Source: an uncultured archaeon (GTDB taxonomy: Archaea; Asgardarchaeota; Thorarchaeia; Thorarchaeales; Thorarchaeaceae). From it: a DNA stretch of 64,000 nt. The notes below the pieces were generated by a model. The model did no database searches. It worked only from the letters and a program-made list of their open reading frames with translations, and had not been told where the DNA came from. Shown in pieces: positions 18,637 through 28,700 of this stretch (position 1 is the stretch's first letter; each line of letters begins with the position of its first letter). The position numbers and the translations under genes were made by a program. Where the stretch lies: contig CAZVZC010000001.1 of assembly GCA_964631415.1 (NCBI GenBank), positions 4,638 through 68,637 on the forward strand, given 5' to 3'.

Positions 18637-21448
18637 AGTTCCGCTCCGCCTCTGCAATCTGCCTGAGCAGACTGACTCTGTCTGTCATTCCCGGACGCAA
18701 TATACGAGATGCTGTCATCGGCCCAATTCCGCGTCCGGCTAGTGCTAGTAGGGCAATCCTGCCATACGTTGCCACAAGTTCCGCTGTCAGGACCCCGGCC
18801 GCATAGAGCTTTCTCTTATCATTAGGTACAGCTCCACCGGCTTTGACCAGCTTCATTATTCCCGGGAGCTCTGAGTCATCTGGAGAAACTGCTGCAATCA
18901 TCCTTGATCCACAGCTCGGACAGGACACAGTCTCGTCCAAAGTGGATATCGTCCGAACAGAGTTCCAATCTCCATTGGCCATACACACAAGCCTGAACTG
19001 CTTCGTGAGAAGTCTGGCCTCCATAAGCCGTAGAATCTCGTTCTCATCAGTGATTTCACCCAGCACCTCGAAGCGACTCTTCTCCTCAATTATCAAGCGT
19101 GCAAGTGGCGAGGGTCTATCGGTCACTACAGTATAGACCTCCACAGCTCCAGATGAGATTCGGTCGAACAAATCGACAACCATACTCTCGTCCAGTTTGT
19201 CATGTAGGACCTCTCTCATCGTTTCTTCATAGACAGGCCCGTCCTGAAAGGCATCTATCAGTCGTCTGACAGGGATGTCCTTGACCCTTACGTCTCTTCT
19301 GATCACACCCATTCTACGAGCGACATGAATGAATCGGGAAGCGAATGTCTGGGTGTGTTTCACTGCTAGTCGAAGTATTGTCGAAACCTGATTGCCTGTG
19401 TATCCCTTGAGTGTATCAACAACGCGGGTCGAGTCAAGCCGTGCCGTCGAAGTCAAGAGAATTCGATAAGGGTCTCTCTCAACACCTACATCCACCCCAA
19501 TGCTCGTTGTCAGTAGAGCCGCCACAACAATACCGAGGGCTTCATTCGCCTTAGTACCGAACGGGGTATGAATGACCAAACCCGCCCCGAAGTCCTCGAC
19601 CAAGACAGTGTCCACGGACGGCAGCCTACCCAATGACTCATGGCTTTCCGCCAAGGTTCGAATCACGTAGTCTTGTGTTGTTTCATCTATCCCGTAATGA
19701 GTCTGCAGCCAAGTCCGGGCGTCTGCACCCGGCCTCCTCATTATGGAGTCCCAGAGCTTGGCAACCTCAGATGCAACTTCATACGGGACCGGAATCATCT
19801 CACCAATCCAATGTGGTGCTTCAGTATCAATACTGCTTGCTGGTGAACAGAGGACTTCATCCTCATCCACACTCACAACAGTCCACGACTTACCCCTTAT
19901 GACAAGCAGCGAGCCGCCTTGCAGATTCTCCGTGACGTAGTCCTCGTCTAATACACCTATGGATGTCCTTGTAGTCATGTCGAGGGCGTTCAATTGTCTG
20001 ACATCTGGAATTGTGCTCAGGTGTTCGTAGTAGAAGACCCGTGTCCTCCTGCTAGCCGAAACCTTGGAGCTCTCCACGCGTACAATTCCTCTCTCCGCCA
20101 TGAAGTTCAACACTGAGCCGAGTTCCTCGTCCGTCACCCCGACGAACGGGTACGCTCCGCGTATCAATGCTGTGAGGTCCTTGCGGTCTATCTGACGCAT
20201 GTCGACAACAATCCCGGCTATCTGATGACATAGGACATCCCAAGCCTTCTCGTGTATGCTTGCATCCTCGACCTTGTTCGACAGGGCACGTCTGAGTATC
20301 ACTGCCGACTCAGTCACGTCATCGAGATTTACAGTTGCCAAGAACACCCCCTCCGCGATTCTGTCGAGCCCATGCCCGGCGCGCCCAGTACGCTGTAAGG
20401 CGCGGGCCACTTCTCGAGGGGACGAATACTGGACAACCAAGTCTGCCTGCCCAATATCTATGCCAAGTTCCAGACTTGATGTAGCGATGATGGCCCTTGA
20501 GAGCCCCTGCTTCAAACGAGTTTCAGCAGCCATTCGAGTGTCCTTTGATAGTGACCCATGGTGGACGTCGAACTCAAATGGAGGTTTGAGAGCATGCATC
20601 TTGGCGCCAAGAGCCTCCGCGAACGACCTAGTGTTAGTGAACACTATCGTCGAGTTATGTGATTGCACTAGGTCAACGATTCTTCGAAGCCTCGCTGTGG
20701 AGTTCACGGGATAGGAAATCCGCTTGGAAGTTACAATGTCTTCAGTCGTGGGTTGTGGCATCTCCACCCTCAGGTTCATTTTTCGTAGTCCATACCCCTC
20801 CCACAGAATCCTTGTTTGACCCAATACCCCGCTCAGAAGGGCTACAACGGTCCTTGGGTTTCCGACGGTCGCAGAAAGCCCTATTCGTTGTACTCGCGAC
20901 CCCACGACTTGGTCCAGTCGTTCGAGGCCTAGACTGAGCTGGGTTCCCCTCTTACTGTCGGCCAGTTCGTGTATTTCATCGACAACCACGGCAAACACAG
21001 TCTTAAGGTGATATCTGAGCCTCTGCGCCGGGAGGATTGCCTGAAGCGACTCAGGTGTAGTTATCAACAGGTGGGGTGGAGTGATTGCCTGCTGCCTTCG
21101 CACATACTGTGTTGTATCACCATGTCGGACAGCTACTGTGAAACCCAAGTGGTCACAGAGGGCTTCTATCCGTCCGAACACATCACGGTTGAGCGCTCTC
21201 AGCGGCGTTATGTACAGGATGTGAATCCCAAACAGGTCCTGTTTCAGCCGTTTCTCCTCAAGGAGTTTCAATAGCGGTAAGAGGGCCGCTTCAGTCTTGC
21301 CGCTGCCAGTGGGGGCAAGCAAGAGCATATTGCTCCGCTCAGCCAGTATTGTGGGAATTGCTCTCTCTTGGATCGGCGTGGGCGTCTGGATGCCCCGGGT
21401 TGACAGGAATCCAGAGATCTCCGGACCTAGAGAATCAAAGACATTCAT
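18608..21448 (-). CDS. lhr: Lhr-family SF2 helicase (archaeal Lhr with C-terminal Cys-rich domain)
   Basis: APTGSGKT, TPLRALN, DEIH, SAT, HHGS, TSSLELGIDIG, QRTGRAGH, STIPD. Confidence 0.93.
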   Translation of the reverse strand: MNVFDSLGPEISGFLSTRGIQTPTPIQERAIPTILAERSNMLLLAPTGSGKTEAALLPLLKLLEEKRLKQDLFGIHILYITPLRALNRDVFGRIEALCDHLGFTVAVRHGDTTQYVRRQQAITPPHLLITTPESLQAILPAQRLRYHLKTVFAVVVDEIHELADSKRGTQLSLGLERLDQVVGSRVQRIGLSATVGNPRTVVALLSGVLGQTRILWEGYGLRKMNLRVEMPQPTTEDIVTSKRISYPVNSTARLRRIVDLVQSHNSTIVFTNTRSFAEALGAKMHALKPPFEFDVHHGSLSKDTRMAAETRLKQGLSRAIIATSSLELGIDIGQADLVVQYSSPREVARALQRTGRAGHGLDRIAEGVFLATVNLDDVTESAVILRRALSNKVEDASIHEKAWDVLCHQIAGIVVDMRQIDRKDLTALIRGAYPFVGVTDEELGSVLNFMAERGIVRVESSKVSASRRTRVFYYEHLSTIPDVRQLNALDMTTRTSIGVLDEDYVTENLQGGSLLVIRGKSWTVVSVDEDEVLCSPASSIDTEAPHWIGEMIPVPYEVASEVAKLWDSIMRRPGADARTWLQTHYGIDETTQDYVIRTLAESHESLGRLPSVDTVLVEDFGAGLVIHTPFGTKANEALGIVVAALLTTSIGVDVGVERDPYRILLTSTARLDSTRVVDTLKGYTGNQVSTILRLAVKHTQTFASRFIHVARRMGVIRRDVRVKDIPVRRLIDAFQDGPVYEETMREVLHDKLDESMVVDLFDRISSGAVEVYTVVTDRPSPLARLIIEEKSRFEVLGEITDENEILRLMEARLLTKQFRLVCMANGDWNSVRTISTLDETVSCPSCGSRMIAAVSPDDSELPGIMKLVKAGGAVPNDKRKLYAAGVLTAELVATYGRIALLALAGRGIGPMTASRILRPGMTDRVSLLRQIAEAERNYARTRPFWE

Positions 21449-21684
21449 CCAAAGGGCTTCCTTTGTCGAAGTGTGTGACGAATCTCGTTCACTAGGATGC
21501 GGATGTCAGTTCTAAGCGTGACATCTGCCTCACGCGCTCTGTCTTCAAGCAGTTCTATGGCCTCATTTGGAGAGGAGGCTTGCTTCATTATTCTCTCGAC
21601 CAATGACTGCATCACATCTAGGTTCGATATGTGTGGTGCAGACCTCTCAAATGCCTGTTGGATTAATGCCTCTAAGTTCATCAT
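21445..21684 (-). CDS. Small helical hypothetical protein coupled to lhr
   Basis: 79 aa; ATGA overlap with the lhr start. Confidence 0.7.
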   Translation of the reverse strand: MMNLEALIQQAFERSAPHISNLDVMQSLVERIMKQASSPNEAIELLEDRAREADVTLRTDIRILVNEIRHTLRQRKPFG

Positions 21685-21704
21685 GAGGTTGTTTCAGACG
21701 TGCC

Positions 21705-21815
21705 CTACTCTTCCTCTTCCTCACCGTATGCGACGTAGCCCAATACAAGGAGAAGGGCCACAATTCCCAACACATACAAGACGATGTCGATGACTGGGAT
21801 TATGCTTGTCTGCAT
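21705..21815 (-). CDS. 36-aa single-TM microprotein (Ost4-like?)
   Basis: MQTSIIPVIDIVLYVLGIVALLLVLGYVAYGEEEEE*; fills the intergenic gap; TATA about 29 nt upstream. Confidence 0.65.
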   Translation of the reverse strand: MQTSIIPVIDIVLYVLGIVALLLVLGYVAYGEEEEE

Positions 21816-21843
21816 AGGTATCTGACGACCCCGTCTGAATGTC

Positions 21844-21851
21844 ACTTATAA
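21844..21851 (-). promoter_or_regulatory. TATA box of the microprotein-hypothetical-lhr-engB unit
   Basis: TTATAAGT positioned for a nearly leaderless transcript starting near 21820. Confidence 0.5.
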
Positions 21852-21882
21852 TCATTGCTGACTGAAGGGCTCTGTACTAAGA

Positions 21883-22134
21883 CTACTCCTCTGTCTTGCT
21901 GCCTTCATAGAACCGGTCGATGAAACTGCCATAGACGTCCACAGGCTCGGTGAGCGAATTGACTTCGTCGATAGTCATCTCAAGTCCGCAGGAGCCACAC
22001 TTGACCGTTGCCACTTTTTTCTCCCTGAGCAGCTCTATCTTGATTGCCGCATTACCACAGTCTGGACATTGATAGACATCAGGGATTCGCTTCTGCGGTC
22101 GTCGTCGAATCTTCTGCCTTCTTCTTCTTCCCAT
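21883..22134 (-). CDS. elf1: Transcription elongation factor Elf1
   Basis: MGRRRR basic tail, CPDC...CGSC, EPVDVYGSFID. Confidence 0.92.
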   Translation of the reverse strand: MGRRRRQKIRRRPQKRIPDVYQCPDCGNAAIKIELLREKKVATVKCGSCGLEMTIDEVNSLTEPVDVYGSFIDRFYEGSKTEE

Positions 22135-22291
22135 GATTCCTCACCTTTGCCTATTTCACACAGACCGAGCTACTAGGCACGGAGAAACAGAGCGAGTCCG
22201 GCCTCTGCTGAGATTCATTTAAGCGTTGCGTTGAGTCTTGATGAGTTCTGGTTCGAAGGCTTCTTATCGCAGTTGCCATGCGACATGACCG

Positions 22292-22525
22292 ATGTCTGCA
22301 TTGTCAAGGAATGCCGAGTGTGTACTGCAGATACTACAGTCTGCAGATACCCTGACAACATCCGAGATACTTGAGATGGCACGGAGAGCCGAGTACGCTG
22401 AGATGTGTAAGGACTGCGCAGGCGGCGACACCTTTGTTGCCGCAGCCAACCAGCTTGTTGAACAGGGGCTTATCACCAAGAAGCTGGGTAAAGGCGGATA
22501 CCACTGGCGAATCGTGAGGGGATGA
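22292..22525 (+). CDS. Small winged-helix-like protein with CxxC
   Basis: VLQILQ...LTTSEIL...CKDC...AANQLVEQGLITKKLGKGGYHW. Confidence 0.7.
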   Translation: MSALSRNAECVLQILQSADTLTTSEILEMARRAEYAEMCKDCAGGDTFVAAANQLVEQGLITKKLGKGGYHWRIVRG

Positions 22526-22529
22526 GAAA

Positions 22530-23792
22530 ACGGACACGGAGTACTGGGCGCGGATCAGGGATGACTTCCCTGTTCTCAAACGCACGGTCAATGGTCATCC
22601 ACTAGTCTACCTAGATAGTGCGTGCATGGCACTGAAACCCCGTCAGGTCATCGACGCAATGAACGAGTATTATGAGCAATATCCTGCCTGTGCGGGCCGC
22701 AGCATCCACAAGTTGGGACAAGAGGCCTCAGGCGCCTATTCAAGAGCTAGGGAGAAGATCGCTCGATTCATCAACGCCAGCGAGCCAAGCGAGTGTATCT
22801 GGACGCGAAATGCAACAGAGTCGCTCAACATAGTTGCGAGTGGTCTCAAGATTCCTAGGGGCTCCAAGATTGTGACGACGAGCCTAGAACACCACAGTAG
22901 CTCTCTTCCGTTTGTAGAAAGGGCAAGAAGAAGCCGTATGAGGATCGAGGTTGTCAGGGCGCACGATGACGGGACTTTCGACATTGAAGACTGGAAGAAG
23001 GCTATTGACAGCAATACGAGAATTGTTTCTATTGCGCACTCTTCAAACGTCACAGGTACTATCACTCCACTCAGGGACATAGTCGAGATTGCACACGATC
23101 GAGGTGCGTTGGTTGTGTCAGACGACGCCCAGTATGCTCCGCATCACCCACTTGATGTGCAGGACCTCGATGTTGACTTCTCAGCTATCTCAGTACACAA
23201 AATGTGTGGCCCAACAGGAATGGGCGTTCTCTATGGGAGAATGGAACTGCTAGAGTCAATGAGCATGTTCCTAGTCGGCGGCGATACCGTCAGCGATGTG
23301 AGGTTTGAGAATGGTCGTATACTGCCTCACTATCTGCCGCCACCAGCAAAGTTTGAGGCTGGACTGCAGAACTATGCAGGTGCTATCGGCGCCGGCGCGG
23401 CTGCAGAATACCTACAATCGATTGGCATGATTGAGGTCGAGAAGCGAGAGCGGGAGCTCTTGGCAATTATGCTCAAGGGCCTGAAGGAACTGGGGCATGT
23501 CCATGTGCTTGGGCCTGAAGACGTCAACCTTCGGAGTGGACTCGCAGCATTCTTTGTGGACACAGTCACATCAGCACACGACATCGCATCTTTCTTGAGC
23601 GACGAGTATGGAGTGATGATAAGGAGCGGGGTCCATTGTGCAGGACCTTTTCACTACCAGCTGGGAATCCCACCCGCGAGGGGGACTGCACGGGCTTCAA
23701 TATACATCTATAACAACGAAGCAGAAATCGGTAGACTCCTAGAAGGTCTTCATGCACTCATTGTTACAAGTTCAGGGAAAGAAACTCACTGA
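22530..23792 (+). CDS. sufS: Class II cysteine desulfurase (SufS-like); start non-standard
   Basis: IRDDFPVL...VYLDSA lies upstream of the ORF-track ATG 22626; SVHKMCGP (PLP Lys), RSGVHCA (catalytic Cys). Confidence 0.88.
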   Translation, partial: TDTEYWARIRDDFPVLKRTVNGHPLVYLDSACMALKPRQVIDAMNEYYEQYPACAGRSIHKLGQEASGAYSRAREKIARFINASEPSECIWTRNATESLNIVASGLKIPRGSKIVTTSLEHHSSSLPFVERARRSRMRIEVVRAHDDGTFDIEDWKKAIDSNTRIVSIAHSSNVTGTITPLRDIVEIAHDRGALVVSDDAQYAPHHPLDVQDLDVDFSAISVHKMCGPTGMGVLYGRMELLESMSMFLVGGDTVSDVRFENGRILPHYLPPPAKFEAGLQNYAGAIGAGAAAEYLQSIGMIEVEKRERELLAIMLKGLKELGHVHVLGPEDVNLRSGLAAFFVDTVTSAHDIASFLSDEYGVMIRSGVHCAGPFHYQLGIPPARGTARASIYIYNNEAEIGRLLEGLHALIVTSSGKETH

Positions 23793-23846
23793 GAACGCGA
23801 GACTTGAGCGTGAGCTGGTGTGGGGCCTTTTGCTCGTTGGCTGCAT

Positions 23847-25640
23847 TCAGCCCACAAGTTTGGTGACACTCTCTCTTAGGCGCTTGACCTCTTCTATCGG
23901 GTCCACGAGAATCAACTCGTTGGCCGATATCTGTAATGTTTCTCTGAATTTCGCCACACGCCCACGCACTGCAACATACCTCCCAAGCACTTTGTCGGAG
24001 TTCTTTTCAATTGGCAGTGTCTTGTTACCGGACTTGGCTATCAGTTCTTGAGCCTCTTGGGCTGTCATCTGGAGAAGGTCCTCTCCGGTCTTTCCGAAAA
24101 GTGTTACTTGTATCGACCCCGATCCATCATCAATAGTCACTTTGTACAACATACGGTACTCAGGTTTCTCAACTTTGCCGCAGTTCACACAGAAGTACTT
24201 TCCCTCTTTCTCCTCAGTTTTCTTCCTACACTTCGGACATGAGGCATAGACTGGACTTGTACGGGAAGGCACAACAATGATACCACAGACCTCAACGGTC
24301 TTCCCCTCCGCAGCATCATCGATCTCACTTATCATGACTCTCCCTGCTTGGATGGCAGGTCTTACTGCTATCTCGGAAAGGTCAAGCTGATCAAGGTGCG
24401 TGTCACTTGGATTGATCTTCATGTCTGACCGACGTCCAGCATGATACTCAACTCCGCCGCGGAAACCCTCCTTCACGTAGCCGTGCTGTATCCGGATGAC
24501 ATCTCCCTCTTGCAGGTCTTTTACCTTCTCAACATCCTCATTCCAGAACGTGACACGGACTGTTCCTGACTCGTCACCAATCACTATGTTCTGAACCTTG
24601 CCTTGTTTTCCTTCTCTCTCAAAAGATGTGGGCGGGAAGACTTTGGCAACTTTGCCCTCTATGTCGACGTCTCTCATCTCCACAGACAGGTCCACAATGC
24701 TCTTTCTACCCAGAGCCTCAACCACGGACTTGGCTCCCGCCGCCTTTGCAGGAGCTCTTGCAGCAGATATCTTCTGCTTTACGCCTCTCTCTATCTTGGT
24801 ACTTCTCCCGGCATGGACCTCAACCTCGCCGTTCCGCCCTGTCTTCGTATAGGCCCCACTGAGTCTTATGACTTCTCCTGGCTTTGCGTCTTTCATCTGT
24901 TCCGCATACTGATCCCAGAAGACAACCCTGACGCTACCTGTATCATCGGTCATTGTAGCACTTGCAACCTTCCCCTCTGCACCGTCAGACTTCCGAGTGA
25001 ATGTAGATATACCATAGAGCGCGTCTAGTCGCACAGTCAGGGTCACATCAAACATTTTGTCCTGAAGGTCCGCTATCTGGGCGCTCTTTGACTCAGCAGT
25101 CTTGATGTCTAGGTCCTCTGCCTCGTATTCGTCTAGTACCCTAATTCCTCCCATTCTGCCTAAGTTCAACTCAAGAGCATCTCTTAGTCCCTTCTTCACA
25201 TATGCTCCTCTGATTTGGACCACGGCCCCCAAAGTTATCGGGCCCTCCTCAATAGCATCTGCCATTTCATCCCAGAGGGCGACTCTAATCTGGCCAGTTT
25301 CGTCGGCCACGATGATGCTCGCCACTTTTCCTTCACCCCCGCTAGGCTTCGAGAAGGTTCGCAAGGCTCCAACATTGACAACCTTAGCAGTGAGCGTTAC
25401 GCTTCTACTGCTCTCGGTTATGTCCTCTACCCTCATTCGCGCATTAGGTGAAACCTGCTGCAGGTCAATCCCAAGCTCTCGGGCGACAATCATTGCAGCT
25501 GACTCCTCGTTGACGACCTCTGGGCCAAGTTCCTGACGCTTCTCGTCAATGAGCCTCAGAATGCCCTTGCGGTCGTATTCCGATGAATGCTTCAGAATCA
25601 GCTCAATGGTTTCTTCGAGTGTAAGCACAGTCAATTCCAT
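23847..25640 (-). CDS. rpa: Replication protein A large subunit (multiple OB folds and Zn finger)
   Basis: Repeated DETGQIRVALW/DDTGSVRVVFW/DESGTVRVTFW/DDGSG OB motifs; CPKC...CVNC. Confidence 0.92.
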   Translation of the reverse strand: MELTVLTLEETIELILKHSSEYDRKGILRLIDEKRQELGPEVVNEESAAMIVARELGIDLQQVSPNARMRVEDITESSRSVTLTAKVVNVGALRTFSKPSGGEGKVASIIVADETGQIRVALWDEMADAIEEGPITLGAVVQIRGAYVKKGLRDALELNLGRMGGIRVLDEYEAEDLDIKTAESKSAQIADLQDKMFDVTLTVRLDALYGISTFTRKSDGAEGKVASATMTDDTGSVRVVFWDQYAEQMKDAKPGEVIRLSGAYTKTGRNGEVEVHAGRSTKIERGVKQKISAARAPAKAAGAKSVVEALGRKSIVDLSVEMRDVDIEGKVAKVFPPTSFEREGKQGKVQNIVIGDESGTVRVTFWNEDVEKVKDLQEGDVIRIQHGYVKEGFRGGVEYHAGRRSDMKINPSDTHLDQLDLSEIAVRPAIQAGRVMISEIDDAAEGKTVEVCGIIVVPSRTSPVYASCPKCRKKTEEKEGKYFCVNCGKVEKPEYRMLYKVTIDDGSGSIQVTLFGKTGEDLLQMTAQEAQELIAKSGNKTLPIEKNSDKVLGRYVAVRGRVAKFRETLQISANELILVDPIEEVKRLRESVTKLVG

Positions 25641-25788
25641 CCTGATATTGAGCGCCAGATGCAGAATAGTCTTTTTGCACGCCTTTAAAGGGCTCTTCTC
25701 AGAATGTGAGGTTCCTCTGATAGCTGGCATCGCAGGAGCTTAGCGAAAACACAAAAAGCCAACGCTCGGTGGCAATCGATGATATCCA

Positions 25789-28700
25789 GTGAGTGATTCC
25801 GAGCCGAGTCTGCCAAAACACAGTGTGAGCTATGGAGAGTACTTCTCATCTCTCAAGAGAGAGGTAGAGCGAATCTATGGAGTTGCTGAACGCGCGAGGG
25901 CTGAGGGCTTCGACCCGGTGACTAGGGTTGAGATACCCCCGGCACATGATGTGGCCGCAAGGGTGGAGGCGACTCTTGACGGCCCCGTTGGAGTGGCCAA
26001 ACGAATCCGTGAACTTCAGCAGACCTTGTCTAGGGAGGAAGTGGCCTTTGCAGTGGCAAGGGAAATAGCGATTGGAGATCTTGGAGGGATCTCAGACCGT
26101 GAGAAAGCCGCAGACAAGGCAGTACGTGTCGCGTTGGCAGTAATGACTGAGAGCATCACTGCAGCACCTTTGGAAGGCATTGCCAAAGTTCGGATACGTG
26201 GTTCAGGTGAGGGCGAGTATCTGGCACTCTACCTTGCTGGCCCAATTCGTGCTGCTGGAGGCACGGACGCCGCAATGACCGTGCTTGTCACAGATCAAGT
26301 ACGCCAAGTATTGCATATCCCTGCCTTCAAGACAACCGACGACGAAGTGGAACGAGCAGTTGAGGAGGTCGAGCTGTACTCTCGTGCGTCGCACTTACAG
26401 TACCCGGTGTATCCAGACCTAATCAGGTTCGCAGCAGCGCGACTGCCCATAATGCTGACTGGTGAGCCAACCGAAGAGTACGAAGTCTCAGGTGGCCGAG
26501 ACCTTGAGCGCATCGAAACCAATAGGGTCAGGAGTGGTTTTGTTCTCGTCTTAAGTGACGGGGTTGTTGGCCGGTCCGCGAAGCTTGCAAAGATGGTCAA
26601 CAAGATCAAGGTGCCTGGGTGGGAGTGGCTTAGCGAGATTGCGGCCAAGACATCGAAGGCCAAGTCTTCAGAGGCAGATGAGTCTGTTCTCAAGAAGCTC
26701 GCACCGAAGCCTGAGTATCTAGCCGATGTGATAGGCGGAAGACCGGTGTTCTCTCACCCCTCTCGTATTGGCGGCTTCAGACTCAGGTACGGTCGGTCGC
26801 GCAACACCGGACTGGCGGGTGCCGGTATCAGTCCTGCCACCATGTTCCTAGTCGACGAGTTCCTTGCCCCCGGGACTCACATTCGTACCGAGCGACCGGG
26901 CAAGGGGGCAATTGTGGCTCCCGTAGACACTATCGAGGGACCAATAGTCCTGCTCAGGGATGGCTCGGTGAAACAGGTCAACACTGCTGAGGATGCTCAA
27001 AGCCTCGAAGGAAAGGTAGAACGTATCCTCTTTCTAGGCGATATCTTGATCGCGCTGGGTGAGTTCCTAGAGAACAATCACCCGCTGGTGCCCTCCGGGT
27101 ACTGCGAGGAGTGGTGGTCACATGACCTTGAGAAGGCTTACTCTCATCTGAGTGCAAAGCACGTTGACAAGCATCTTTCTGACACTGGAGTTACGCACGA
27201 TGACTTGAAGGGCTTCATCGAGTTTCCACTTACCAAGATTCCCACTCCAACCCAAGCTCTGCGCCTTTCGGAGCAGTTTCACGTGCCGTTGCACCCGAGA
27301 TACCTGTACCGATGGTCAGTTCTGAATACAGGGGAGGTTTCCGAACTAAGAGAATGGCTTCTGTCTAAGCATAGGATAGAACACCCTCCTGAGGGCGAAA
27401 CTCTTACCCTACCAAATGATCCGCATTACAAGGGCCTCCTCGAACGTCTTGGCGTCCCTCATATCGTGAGCCGCGACAAGGCGGACATCTGTCTTACTGA
27501 CAGCCCCGAAACTGTTCTCGTGCAGCTGGGCTCCAGAAACAAGCCTCTCAGTGGTAAGGATCCTCTTCAGATGCTGAACTCTGTCAGCAGCATGCTGCTT
27601 AGAGACAAGGCGGGGTTTTTCATAGGGGCAAGAATGGGCCGACCCGAGAAGGCTGAGGCGCGGAAGATGCACCCCCCTGTCCAAGTGCTCTTTCCCGTGG
27701 GCCGGACCACCGCTAGTGAGAGGAGACTGGAGAGAGTTGCTACGAGCACACAAGCCGTTTCCACTTTATCATCTTTTGATGATCTGGGGGACGGGCAGTC
27801 AAGCTATGCTGAAACATATGGACCAGAGATTGAGATGGTGTCGCGTGTATGTCCTAAATGCCAAACCCTGACATTCGAGTCACGTTGCCCGAAGTGTCTG
27901 CTACACACCGAAGTGAGTCGATGGTGTTCCCAAGACGGTTGTGGTCGTCCAATAGACCCGAGCACAGGGATGTGTCCTCTAAGTCACGACGTGAACATGA
28001 TTCGAGCCACAAGGAAGTATGTAGTTGACATTCAAACGCTTCTTGACCGCGTAAAGACCGAGATTGGTGAATCCCAGGCCTACAATCCACGAGGTGTACT
28101 TGGATTGACGAACGAGCTCAAGATTCCTGAATACGCCGGGAAGGGCATGCTCCGCGCCAAGCACGATGTATACTGCTATCGAGATGGTACTGCGCGCTTT
28201 GACTCGACGGACGCTCCCCTGACTCACTTCACCCCCCGTGAGATAGGAGTTTCAGTCGAACGTCTACGTGAACTGGGCTATCGCACTGACTATAATGGCA
28301 ATCTTCTCGTTTCAGACGACCAGATTGTGGAACTCAAGGTGCAAGACCTAGTTGTGTCCGAGAACTGTGCTGAGTATCTGTTCAGAGTGGGGTGTTTTGT
28401 TGATGACTGCCTTGAGAAAGTGTATAGACTGGAGCCGTTTTACAAGTTCGAAACGCAGGACGACATCTTGGGACAGCTCGTCATAGGTCTCGCACCTCAC
28501 ACGTCCGCAGGGATAATCGGCAGGATTATCGGTTTCACAGATGCGAGTGTCTGCTACGCCCATCCATACTGGCATGCCGCCAAGAGGAGAAACTGCGATG
28601 GCGACGAAGATGCAGTAATGCTTGTCTTGGAAGCTCTTCTCAACTTCTCAAGAGCCTACCTCCCTGCAGGCAGAGGGGGCTTCATGGATGCGCCACTTGT

